A stretch of DNA of 64,000 nt from Tubiluchus corallicola (taxonomy: Eukaryota; Animalia; Priapulida): positions 806,001-870,000 of the forward strand of contig JAQGDQ010000037.1 in NCBI GenBank assembly GCA_030141605.1, written 5' to 3'. The position numbers and the translations under genes were made by a program. Positions 1 to 11,302 of this stretch are shown here, piece after piece. The notes beneath the pieces are model-generated. The model made no database searches and had not been told where the DNA came from. It worked only from the letters and a program-made list of their open reading frames with translations. The stretch's first letter is position 1. Every line of letters starts with the position of its first letter.

Positions 1-534
1 TAAAAATTCTGGCAATCACAGTCATATTTAATAAATGTTTTTGAGTCTAGTTTTGAAGTTTTGTGCTGTTCTCTTCAGCTGTCATGCTGATTTGGGGCAG
101 AAGTGTCAGACTGCATGAGCTCCTCGATCATACACAATGCCATGTATTTTTGTATAGCTGCATTAAGAGCAAGGTGACAAAATTCTCCCACACTATAATA
201 ACAGATGAGAAATGTACCTCTGTTACTCACGAAGTGTTATCTAATGTCGATTAATCAAGCATGTGCAAAAAGTTGTTGGCTTAGTTTTTTTCAAAAAAAG
301 GTGGCACTCACTTTTAGGAGCACAGCACTTGACATATAGCTATGTATGACTAACATCACCAAAATCCTCTTGAATCGTAGACTCGGTAACTAGATTGTCA
401 TGTGGATCCCTATCGTAATTTCTATTTTATTAAACTTTTAAATGCAATGAGTGACTTACCAAACATTCTTTATACCGAGAAAAATTCTCAGAAGACAATG
501 GTGACATTCGGATAAATTCATTAAACTTTAATAC

Positions 535-3500
535 CTCCAGCCACAGACAAGTTGCTAGCTTTTAATTCTCTGTTAATAATAACAGGTTTCAAGATGGTGA
601 GGTTCCCAGTAATGATCTGACTGCTGTTATCTTTGAGTGCATCATCAAATATTGTTCTTGTAAGGTTAATGTTTAGTTCATGTTGCTGAGTCTTCTCCTG
701 GAAATCAAACAGCAGATATCACGAAACTCGAATTTCTACTAATTAGGGATATTAATCATAACGATATGTATCGATGCAAAAAACTTATTTTCATCACTAT
801 CGTACCAATGTTATTTCACTAATGTCGTTATCGCATCGAATGTGGCACGTATCGTTGCTTCTCACTTACCTTGATAAAATCGCTTAACTTTTCTTTTCTA
901 TATATTTACAATAATTACACAAAGAAGCGGATAAAACTATAAGCTTGTTAGACGCTAATTCACTTTCTTGTACTTTCGCCAGGCAATAAAGGCTATCTTC
1001 ATTCTGAATCATACTCACAAAGTATAGAGACACCTTTACACACTTTGATACTTACGCACGGATTATTAATGATACTTTTTCTGTTGTGGCTTAAATTGTC
1101 TAACTTCAGTACCATTTTTTAATATTCGAAATAACTTATCACATTATATCGTTATCGTCTAAAAAATAGTTTATCCTTATTGTATTGTTGGAAAAAATAC
1201 AGTATCATATTGTTATTGTATCGCAAAATTTGTATCATTTAACATCCCTACTACTAATGATAATAAACGTGAATGAATTAATAAATGAACTAGTGAACGA
1301 AAAAAAGGAATTAAAGCGTACAAATATACTTACAATAGCTTTGTCCACATTTTTCTTAACATCTAAAGCTTGAACCATTACTGGATCGGGAACTTCAACG
1401 ACATTAGCAAGAAGAGTATAAACATTAACCAGGGACACACCATTTGTAAATGGTAAATACACATGGGACTTGAAATTGCAAACGCTGAACTGAGGTATGG
1501 TTCCAACAACATCCAAATCTGTAAGAGCAATAAGAAAGTTGAATAGAAAAGTTGACATTCTATAAATATAATTAAAAACATACAATAAGAAACATGTTAG
1601 CAAAAATGACTAATGCTTGTTGTATACTCATTAAATATTATGTGTGAATAGAAAGAAAGGACCACTATGGTTATGACCGGTACATAAAGCCCACTCATTT
1701 AATTCCTGCATTAGTGCAAAAGCCAAAAATGTTATTTGTTCTGTTCGCATATTGAATACCAAACACTGCAACAGAAAGACCACAGTAAGTATAGATTTAC
1801 CTTGTTTTTCAGATATGACAAACGAGTTCTTCACAGCATCAACAGTACGAATAAGCACAGCAACAGAACTGTTGTACTGAACCAAGACTGCTACTTCTTC
1901 GTTCCAACCATAGTCAGGATTAAAGGCTGCTTTCACACTTCTTGCACCAGCTATCTCAATTTGTTGATGTTCGACAAATCTATACCCTAAAGTATAACAT
2001 TAATTAGTAGTATTAGCAGCAGAAGCACCAATAATAATAATAACATTAATTTTTGCACTGTGTTTAAAAATCAACTTCAACAAATGCATAATAAGATATG
2101 CAATAAATAAATTTATTCTAATTTGAGTAATATGACAGTATTCCAATAATGAACTGAGATCACTTTCCAGTTTATAAGAAGTGGGAAACCTTACAAAAAA
2201 GGATAAAAACATAAAAGAGACAAACTAAACCATCTGGTGTGGCAGGGGCTTTAAGTTTAAAAACTGAATAGACGAACGCTGTCCTAAATCTAACAACGTG
2301 CAAGGTAAAACTAACTGCAAAAGTTGCAGCAAAATGAATATATCAAAGCAAACTGTTAAATGTAGCGATAAAAGAAACTACCAAGCAACAAACCTTTGAT
2401 GAGCAACGGGTACAAAAAATTGATTTTAAAGGGTACTGATTGAGACTAACCTTTGATGAGCAACGGGTACAAAAAACTGATTTTAAAGGGTACTGATTGA
2501 AACTATCAGATTGGCAATATAATTTTGCAGTCTGTCAAATGAATTATGACAGAGAATGCAATAGCCGCTTACATATAGCGGATACTATATTCTCTGGTTA
2601 TTTTAAATAACGGATTAAGTGTCAGCCCCTCATTACTCGAATTTTTTTGGATAAAGTATTATACAGATAAAAAACCCTTTTATTAAATACAACTTATAAA
2701 AGATTGCAACAAACAGTAATAGATAGATAGATAGACAGATACATAGATAGATAAAAACTTTTTTCACCAACATTAAAACAACACATGCACAGGGCCACGA
2801 TGTATATAATTGTATTTTGCATCCACGGAAACAGCATATCAGCCAGCCACTATTATGACTGGACCGGTAGTTAGCAATAGCGTAAGACTATTCAAAGACA
2901 ATAACTAGCATAATCAAAACACATAATGTACAGAGCATACACGCGTAAAGAACATAATGGTTAGCATAATCAGAAATCAAGTCTAATTGCTGCATAAAAA
3001 AGGACTGAGTATAAAAGATATTTACAGTTTCCATATTTGATGGTTTGTCGAAATCGTGTCGATTGACAGGTATTGTAAATTTTTTTAGGATTGCACATTT
3101 TAATCCTGTTAATTCTTTTGCTATCTTTTACTACCTACAGTATAGTTTCTACTCACCATTCCACTTAAATACAATCAATGGGCCTTCACCTTGCACAATA
3201 AACAAGTGGTGTTTCAATCCAATAATTACATGGGCAACATCTATACACTGTTTTGCTGGAATGCTGAAAACAGAAGCAAAGCTAAGTGAAAGGAAGCTAA
3301 AGTAGCCGCAAGAACGAGGCACTGACTAAGGCATTAACTAAAATCATTAGATGCATGTCTGAAACAAACCCCGAATTAAGTAAAGTAAACCCTAAAGTAA
3401 TTTTGCTAAATTATTTTTTCACTAGTAATTGCCAAAGAATACAGTTGTAAAATTAACTGCAAACAACGCAATGAAGAGATGTTTCAAATCTGTGTATGTG

Positions 3501-6500
3501 CTACTGCAAGTATACTTCAGAATTCTTGTGTCTGTGGGCGTCCTTCTTATTTGGTGTGGGTAGCTTTTAATATTCTTTTTGGTGTTTTTGAATGTGCAAT
3601 TTAATGTGGGCATAGTGTTAAATTGTACAAGCGTAGGGTTAATGCTGAAAAGTATCGGCATAGTTTTTCACAAGCCGAAGTAATGCTGTGGAACTCATAT
3701 CGGAATCATTAGTTAGTGCGAATAATGTAAATAGTTTTAAGCATAAATTTGATTCAGAACTCCGTGCAAGAAACCTCCCATTTTAATACCAGTCGGTATA
3801 TTATGAGCAGAATTATAAACCAACAACGAACAACTGGACAAGGGTGTTCTTTGGATAGCTACACAGTGGATGAGAGATTGGCGCAAGAGACGAAAATCAG
3901 GGTTTACTCACTACAAAGATGAGTTACGAAGGTGAGTGAGCAATGCAATTAATAGAGTTTGTATTTTGTGCACTTGTGTATTGTGTAGTATTTTTTAGTA
4001 AATTACAAATATGGCAATAGTAATGCTGAAATAAAAAGTGAATTGAATTTTCACTGGTTCCCTAATAAAGAAATAACATTATGTAGCCCACACCGTTGGT
4101 ATTCAGTGAAAGTATTTGTAGAACCATCGAAAACGTAAACTACAGAATCGGCATCGACATTCCCAGTGGATCCCCTGTTGCACGCCACAGCAAGTAAGGT
4201 TTTGTGAATAAGTACTAATTCAATTTTCGAAGTGCCATTACTGGGAAATTCAGCAACAACTTGTGTATGGGTATATCCTGAAAGAAAAAAAATTTGTTTC
4301 ATTCATTAGAAGTATACCCCATCAGATTCAAATTATGCTAGTTCTATTCATCTAATACTTGTTCAGGTATTTGAACTTAGATTTCAGTACAAATAGACTC
4401 CTTTTTGAAAAATGTGGTAAAACAAAACATTCTTAACTGACAATACCTACAAAACTAATAACTCGTTTATTTAGACATTTCGGCTCACTTTGCATGTTAT
4501 GAGCACTGACACACTTTTAATTTGAATAAGATCAACTTGTGACTTGAATTTTTAACTTCCGTATTTCAAACTGAGAGTTGACATTATGACGAATGTGACT
4601 GCAGTTGAACATTCCAAAGATTATTATTACAATGTAATTCAACAATTTCATAGCTACAAAAAGATGTCAATTAAAATATTTTCAGAAAATTAAATGGCTA
4701 GAGTTGAAAATGCGTTAAAACCCATACCAATACAGTTTAAAGTAGAAGTATGAATTACAAATACCACAGAACAAAGTATCTTATACGCACCCATAGTGCT
4801 AAACAAACACAAGTAATTATGTGACTCATAAGGTCGTGCCATCACTAAATACCCTTTCCCTGTTTCCACTTCCTTGTAGCTCATAGATACAACACCTTCT
4901 AGTTGCAATGATTGCACGAGTTCATCCTACAATAACAAAAGCTGTGTGAAGTAAACTGTATGCTATTTTTGCTAGTGACATCTTGCTGTATAAATCAGAA
5001 AATTTTTTACATTTAATTTTAACAAATGCATCTATTTTTGTTTAACTTCATTTGAAAAAGAGAAAAAACAATAATTGTCTTATAAATAACGGTAGAGCAT
5101 TTTGCTGATAATATGACCCCTTTTAAGTGAAGCATTAACTACTGATCTCAAATGAAAGATGTTAAGCGAGTTGTAAAGATTGAACGCGAAATCTTTCAGA
5201 CACCCCATTTCAAAGCAATGTAACAACTAGAGAAAGCGAAAAAATTTTGATTTTTGAAAATAAAAACCTACGAGTTTTATCTTTGCATTATCAACTGATA
5301 CGCGTTTTACTATGACTTCACTGCCTGTTGCCATAACAACATACCGCTCTCCAGTGGCACCCGCATGAAAACTGTAAATGTCTGTAATCCCTGGAAAATA
5401 CAAAAACACATTGCCTAGAGATCCTGCAAATGTATAACACCTAATTTGAAAGTTAACTTATGCAACAAACGCAAGCTTAAAACAGCACTGAAAGCAAAAT
5501 ATGATTGGTATTGGTGTCAAAATGTAATTCAGATATTGCTGATGATCATATCATACTTAAAAGCTGACGAAAAAAATTTGTGCAGGCAGCAATAAACTCT
5601 ATTGATTTTGGCAGGACGTCAGTCATCACCGGTATCTCCAACTCCTTTAACTGCAACATTGGTTTTCCACAAGAGTGACATTACCAGTTCACAAAGTGTG
5701 CATGAATTTAAATATGCTGGTGATGGCAGTATTGTTGTGCAGCATTCATCTCCTGAGCAATGCCATAATAAAGCCAAAATTGTTGTGACACCGTACAGCA
5801 GTGGTGTTATAAATGGAGATTGGATATTGACTGTGCCCCCAATAAAACCGAAGTAGTCCCATTTGGATTTGATAATGCCCACCTGGCTCAACTTGAAAAC
5901 CCCACGATTGGAACCAAAAAATAAAATACGTGGAAGCCAGTAAAGTTCTAGGTATTATAATAGACAAACAGTTAAATTTCAGTAACCACGTGGATGAAGT
6001 TAAAAAGAGAGTCTGGCAGAGATGGCATCTTATCAAACAAATGCCATCAAACAATGTCGTAGACATAAAGGGCCAAGTCTTCAAGGTGTGGAAGCACTAC
6101 AAAAAGCTGTCATTTTACCAGTGATTGTCTAAGCATGTGTGGCATGGTTTAATACCAAGAAATCGTATTTTGATGGCATATTTTATGATTTAATGAAAAT
6201 GGTGGCAGGCACATTATTTAAACATGCAAGAGAAAAACTGGAACACATATTGGTTTAAAACATTAGACATAGAACATAACAGGTTAAAAATGCTAAGCTA
6301 TTGTGAAGATGATATGGTGCATCAACATATGGTGCTTATTTTCCAGGACAATAGACAAGTAGCTTACAAACATTTTATGAAATACCTCTGGGCAGAAACT
6401 AGTGAATATCTAAAAGAAAATAACTCAGTTATACAGTAGACCGCAGACATAGTACAACTCACATGTGATGTGCTGTTATACAAAAAATCTGAGAGTCATT

Positions 6501-9500
6501 CTTAATGAATCAATGGTACAGCAGATTTAGAACACAAGGACAATTATCAGCTAGCACTTTACGACCAAGAACTCTATGGTCAACCAGTAGGCACAGTTGA
6601 GGCACTTCATCAGAAAGAAAAAACAAACAACTACATGCTAGACATAACCTTTAATAGTGGTCCTTTACCAATTGATGCATACTTCACCAACACCACCAGT
6701 ACAAAGATATACCAACATATATATAAGCCCATCGGCCCATCAAAGAAAAAAAAACTATTCAAGTGGAGTTGATGACTACAGAGTCACAATTTGACCTTTA
6801 ACAGCCAGTCACTGTGATCTTTCGCAACAAATTTTTTGCTGGGAGCTAACAGTGATTAACAGACAGGTTAATTATGCCTAGTTTAATAAATGGATTAAAA
6901 AATGGTAAAGTAGTTATGCAGAGAATTTACACTCACCTGGGTAAATGTTGAGAGGAGTAGTAAATTCGACGTCACTCAAATTTGCATTCAACTGGTAAAT
7001 GTAGCTTTCATCATCAAAGCTGGACACAAGGACAACACTTTTTTCAGCAAAAGTAAAACATGTGCTTCTATCGAGGCTCGTAGTGCTAGTAGCGTTGATG
7101 GAAAAAACGTTATCAACACCTTCTACTACCAATCCTGAGAGTAATAAATATGATTGATAAAGATTGCAGTGTATAGTTTACAAATTTAAAAAGTCAGGAA
7201 ATACCAGGTTTCAAACTGTGCAGCTTCACAAATACTTCAAGGTCATTTATTTCAGAAAAAGTAGGAAAAACATTAATAAACTTGTGAATGAGAGTTTCAA
7301 CTCCTAAAGAAGCATTTTTCTATCTATTTTTTCAAGCATACACGATTCAATGCGGTAGAACATTTCCAACTGTTGGCAAAGTGATTATCTGGTAGCTTAG
7401 TAGAATAGCTGTATGGCTTGCTGCTAATTTTCCAGAGTTCATGATTCACAAAAAGTAAAAATAAACGGTTTCTGAAATTACTTTTTTTTAGGAAAAAGGC
7501 TGTTGGGCAGTGTGAACATTTTCAGCTGATATTATAAAGAAATCACAATGCCTAATAAAGAATGCAAGGTAGTGTTATTGTTTTTTAGAACAAACAGGGG
7601 CTTACATTCCAACATAACAGCTTTTTGAAAAATTCATATAAGGGCAATTTTGAAAGCATTAGTTAACATATGGCAATCTATTAATAAAATATTATTTTAC
7701 TACATTCTGTTAATTCTATTAACAGATTACATTCTATTATTCTATTAATACAATGCATTTTTAAATTTTGCAGATACAACTTCCTAACATGCAAAACTGT
7801 CACAGTTCTACGTGCGATAGCTATTAATCATTGCAAACCACAGGTGAAAATTGCAAGGTTTTCATCACACCCTAATCTTTAATCGTCACGTGACAAAACA
7901 AAGCCATTTAACAGCTCCAGTGATTGATGATGACCATGGAAATGTCAAAGGTTAAGTGTACCAGACAACGTATTTGTGTCCACTCGAGAACGCCTGGTAG
8001 CCCGAGCTATTGTAATAATAACAGTTTTAACAACTAGCTAGAACCTTACGTAGTTCATTTTTTCTTGTTCCCAAGCAAGATCCTGCTAGTAAATCACTCT
8101 ATGCTCAGACTCATGCATAATTAAGTAAAGTCCACGGAAAATAACTGAAGGCACTGAACTAATGTTTTGCGTTACCCACATGTCACATGACGTTTGTAGT
8201 TAAGATGCGATGTTGTGGAACTTTTAGCCTTTGACCTACAGTAACTGCGTAAGCGTATAATGAAACTATGAAAAGGCTTATTGAAACAAACATTGTTTCT
8301 AAACTGGGGCAGTAATAAAATGTCTTTTAACTGAATATCATTATCGGTGATAGATCCCAGCTCTAAATCTAACGAGACCCGATATTGTACATAGATGTAC
8401 ATGGCTTCTAGGTATGCTATAACTTCACATCATTAATACTACATCTATTCATAACTCCATCAGTAACACCATTGGCTCACATCAGCTTTTGATTCTCCTT
8501 TTCTATCTGTCCCTACATGGCTTCTTTTTAGGTGTGCCAAATTTTTTTTGTTAGGTATGCTATAACACACTCATTACTTCACATTAGTAATACTACATCT
8601 ATTCATAACTACATCAGTAACATCACTGGCAAAACCAGATCTCTGTCCCTCCCTCTTTCCCATTCTCTGTTGCTCTCTCTTTCACTTGATCTATTTCTTA
8701 TTTCTACCCCCTATGGGTCCACACTCTAGAGCTCAAGAATTATGCCATGCCCAGCCAAGTTTTTTATATAGTCTTTTTGTATGCCCTGGAGGGTGGTCAT
8801 TGGTCATTTACTTAACATACAAACAAATAATGTTTGGACAGAAATAAATTTCAAGCAAGATTCTTTGAGCAGTGTGCCATCAACAACGGGGCACAAATAT
8901 TGCATTCTAACTAGATGCAGGTGCATTTACTAATTTGAAAATTTAATAGAAAATTTAACAAGGGAAACTAAAGGAGAGAGAGAGAGGGGGGGGAGTGGGA
9001 GCGAGAGTGAGAGAGAGAGGGGGGGAGTGGGAGCGAGAGTGAGAGAGAGAGGGGGGGAGTGGGAGCGAGAGTGCGAGAGAGCGAGAGTGCGAGAGAGCGA
9101 GAGTGCGAGAGAGGGCCATGGTGTGGAGCTCGAGATCTAGTGTGGACAGTCCAGTACACATATGTATATGTACGTACAAGCCCTTTGCCCTATCATTAAT
9201 AGATGGATGGACGACCGATACTAATTAATGGACGGTTAAAAAGCACTTACTCTCTCTGTTGCCAGCTCCAGTACCATACACGTAACTGTGGAATAAGTCC
9301 TCTGGCATAACGGTGACACTTCTTCTTAAACGATGAAGGGTTTTGTGTGATTCTTGAATTTCTAAAGCGGCTTCCTCCATGCGTCGCTGAATAAAAAAAT
9401 AACAACTCGGGCAAAACTAGATAATTCTGATACACCAATATGTACCCAAGTTCTAATTAACGAGAACCGAAGGTCCTGCTTATAATATGCCCAACAGTGA

Positions 9501-10067
9501 AATGTGCTCTACTGTTTCAGGTACTGTTAAAATATGTTTTAACTGACTTTATGATAACTCACAGCAATCATGCAACATATCTAGATATGGACAGAAAGAT
9601 GCACACAAAAGTTGAAGAGAAAGACATATATACATTATTAGACAATGGAAACAATATCACCAATGCAAACACTAAATCCCCAATACTAGCAACAATGAAA
9701 TTGTTGAATCTCGGGTACTCATGCTTGCTATAACATAGCAGCCTGGTACAGCCATCGCAAATAAAAATACAGTAACACAATGTCACAATATTTATTCAAC
9801 AAATAAAGGCCCAAATTATGTACTTTAATTTACAATTACAACATTCATGCATAAAAAACATATTGCGTAACACCACCAGTTAATCCAATAAAACATACAT
9901 TGAACATGCAAAAGAACCAATTTACTCACAGAAAATTCTTTTAATTTCTTTTCCAGATATTCATCAAGTGATCCTCCCAAATTAGATATATCGAACGTGA
10001 TAGCTGGTGAAGTGAAACCCGACTGTATTAAAGCAAAAAATATCAAACATACCAAGAAAATGTCCAT
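535..10067 (-). CDS. Secreted protein with EPTP/EAR-like (TSPEAR/LGI-type beta-propeller) repeats; multi-exon, 3' part lies beyond the left edge of the window
   Basis: Phase-compatible GT-AG exons: 10067-9930, 9386-9251, 7134-6937, 5390-5272, 4926-4791, 4277-4094, 3263-3157, 1986-1801, 1518-1334, 697-535. The protein starts with a signal-peptide-like MDIFLVCLIFFALIQSGFTS and has a furin-type RLRR-S site. EPTP-like units include LLAVACNRGSTGNVDADSVVYVFDGSTNTFTEYQRIPA and LIVFKWNGYRFVEHQQIEIAGARSV, followed by SQIITGNLTI. The exon chain is seen directly; the domain call is motif recognition. Confidence 0.75.
744..1250. mobile_element. hAT-type MITE (non-autonomous) with perfect 8-bp TSD
   Basis: TIRs TAGGGATATTAA (744) and TTAACATCCCTA (ends 1250). 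CTACTAAT flanks both ends (736-743, 1251-1258). Many subterminal TATCG/CGATA motifs. Confidence 0.9.
2391..2504. repeat. Two-copy tandem duplication, ~57-bp unit
   Basis: aacctttgatgagcaacgggtacaaaaaa(t/c)tgattttaaagggtactgattga occurs twice in tandem. Confidence 0.9.
2718..2753. repeat. (GATA)n microsatellite
   Basis: agatagatagatagacagatacatagatagata. Confidence 0.85.
3470..3770 (+). mobile_element. Decayed CR1/L2-like LINE 3' end
   Basis: Broken translation KYRHSFSQAEVMLWNS...SANNVNSFKHKFD resembles the CR1-type ORF2 C-terminus (FFSxRVVxLWNSL...SVNSFKxxLD). Confidence 0.5.
5600..6200 (+). mobile_element. Degenerate non-LTR retrotransposon reverse-transcriptase fragment
   Basis: SDI...FKYAGDGSI is a decayed YADD motif. 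KYVEASKVLGIIIDKQLNFSNHVDEVKKR matches the typical LINE RT KxLGVxxDxxLxFxxHV motif. Stops and frameshifts are present. Confidence 0.75.
8973..9115. repeat. GA-rich compound minisatellite with G7-8 runs
   Basis: (gagagagagagggggggagtgggagcgagagt) x3 followed by (gcgagagagcgagagt)-type units. Confidence 0.9.
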
Positions 10068-10092
10068 AGCTGGAGAAGTCTTTTCAGATCCT

Positions 10093-10178
10093 GCAAAACA
10101 ATTCTAAAAATTAAAAAGACCAAAAAAATGTTTAGCAAAACAATTCTAAAAATTAAAATGACCAAAAAAATGTTTAGC
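10093..10178. repeat. 42-bp tandem duplication
   Basis: gcaaaacaattctaaaaattaaaa(a/t)gaccaaaaaaatgttta occurs twice. On the minus strand it sits just upstream of the likely acceptor (ttttgcag) of the ATG-bearing exon. Confidence 0.85.
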
Positions 10179-11302
10179 AGTTGTGGGGAAGCATGAAGTG
10201 ATTGTGATGGCAAGTAGTTCCCTGTTTGCTCTAACTGGTCGTTCATACACTAGGTTATCCATAACTGGTCATCCATACATTTGACTGAGCCACTGACAGT
10301 CAGAGCATTGATAGAAGAGCCTGTAGTCAAAAACTACTGTTTGTCTGTACACAAAATAAAATAAAAAAAGATAAAGCTATACTCATCGCCACGGCAGGTC
10401 TAAGCAAGAATTAGAAATCCATTGATTTTTTGGTTAAAAAAAGCGAGAAATCCAGGTCATAAGAATTAAAGTGCCTACAGAGTCAAAATGGCTAATTAAA
10501 GCTATAATCACCAACTTGGCACAGAGACAGCTCTCACTGGGACCCGGAAAATCACCGATTATTTGTCCAAAGTCAAAGATCAAAGTCACTCAGACAAAAA
10601 TGCCAACAAAATTGTCCACATGCAGTGGCTTCATGTCAGAGTGCGCGGCTCCATCTCTACTAACTAGCAGTTTAGTATTGACTCCTAACAGTGACTGACT
10701 GCACTCATTCCAGTGAAAACTGCCCCAGGTAGTTATGGGTGTAGTAGCATAATTAAAGGCACAATCTCCTATATCATTATGATTATAACGATGAGTATAG
10801 TTAATTAGACCTGCCGCAGTGGATGAAGAAGGCAACTTACAAATAAATGATATAAGAAACAACAGCACAGACAGCGACAAAGCTTCATTGAGGCATTATT
10901 GTAGTACTTTTCCACGCTCTTACTAAGCATTCGAACGCGCACACACACACAAACAGGCGTTACGCGCATCAGTAATCACTGCACGTGACTGCAGGACATT
11001 TAGGTATTCATTTATTGGTGATCGGGCGAAACCACGAAACCTTGAGGGTAGAGCAGCATTAATTAAGAATAATGCACAACCATAACTAAGTCACTTGCAT
11101 ATTTATTTATAACAACATGTTACAGATTGTTGAACTTTTGTCAAAACTGCAGAACGCTTCTCCTCTACGACCAGAATAATAAGTGATTTCTTGCTGAAAT
11201 CTGAATCCCCACTCCGGCGTGCTCATTGGGTATTTTCCTTGCGCTATCTATCGACAAAATTATTAACCAAAAACTTATAAACTGTACGTACAGCATTTCA
11301 TC

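Noticed and set aside
8955-9179. Ser/Leu/Pro-rich ORFs
   Set aside because: They are translations of the GA/CT minisatellite.
10590-10880. 96-aa minus-strand ORF with a hydrophobic N-terminus
   Set aside because: It starts at a non-ATG codon, crosses a gtaagt donor and has no recognisable domain; more likely leader exon plus intron.
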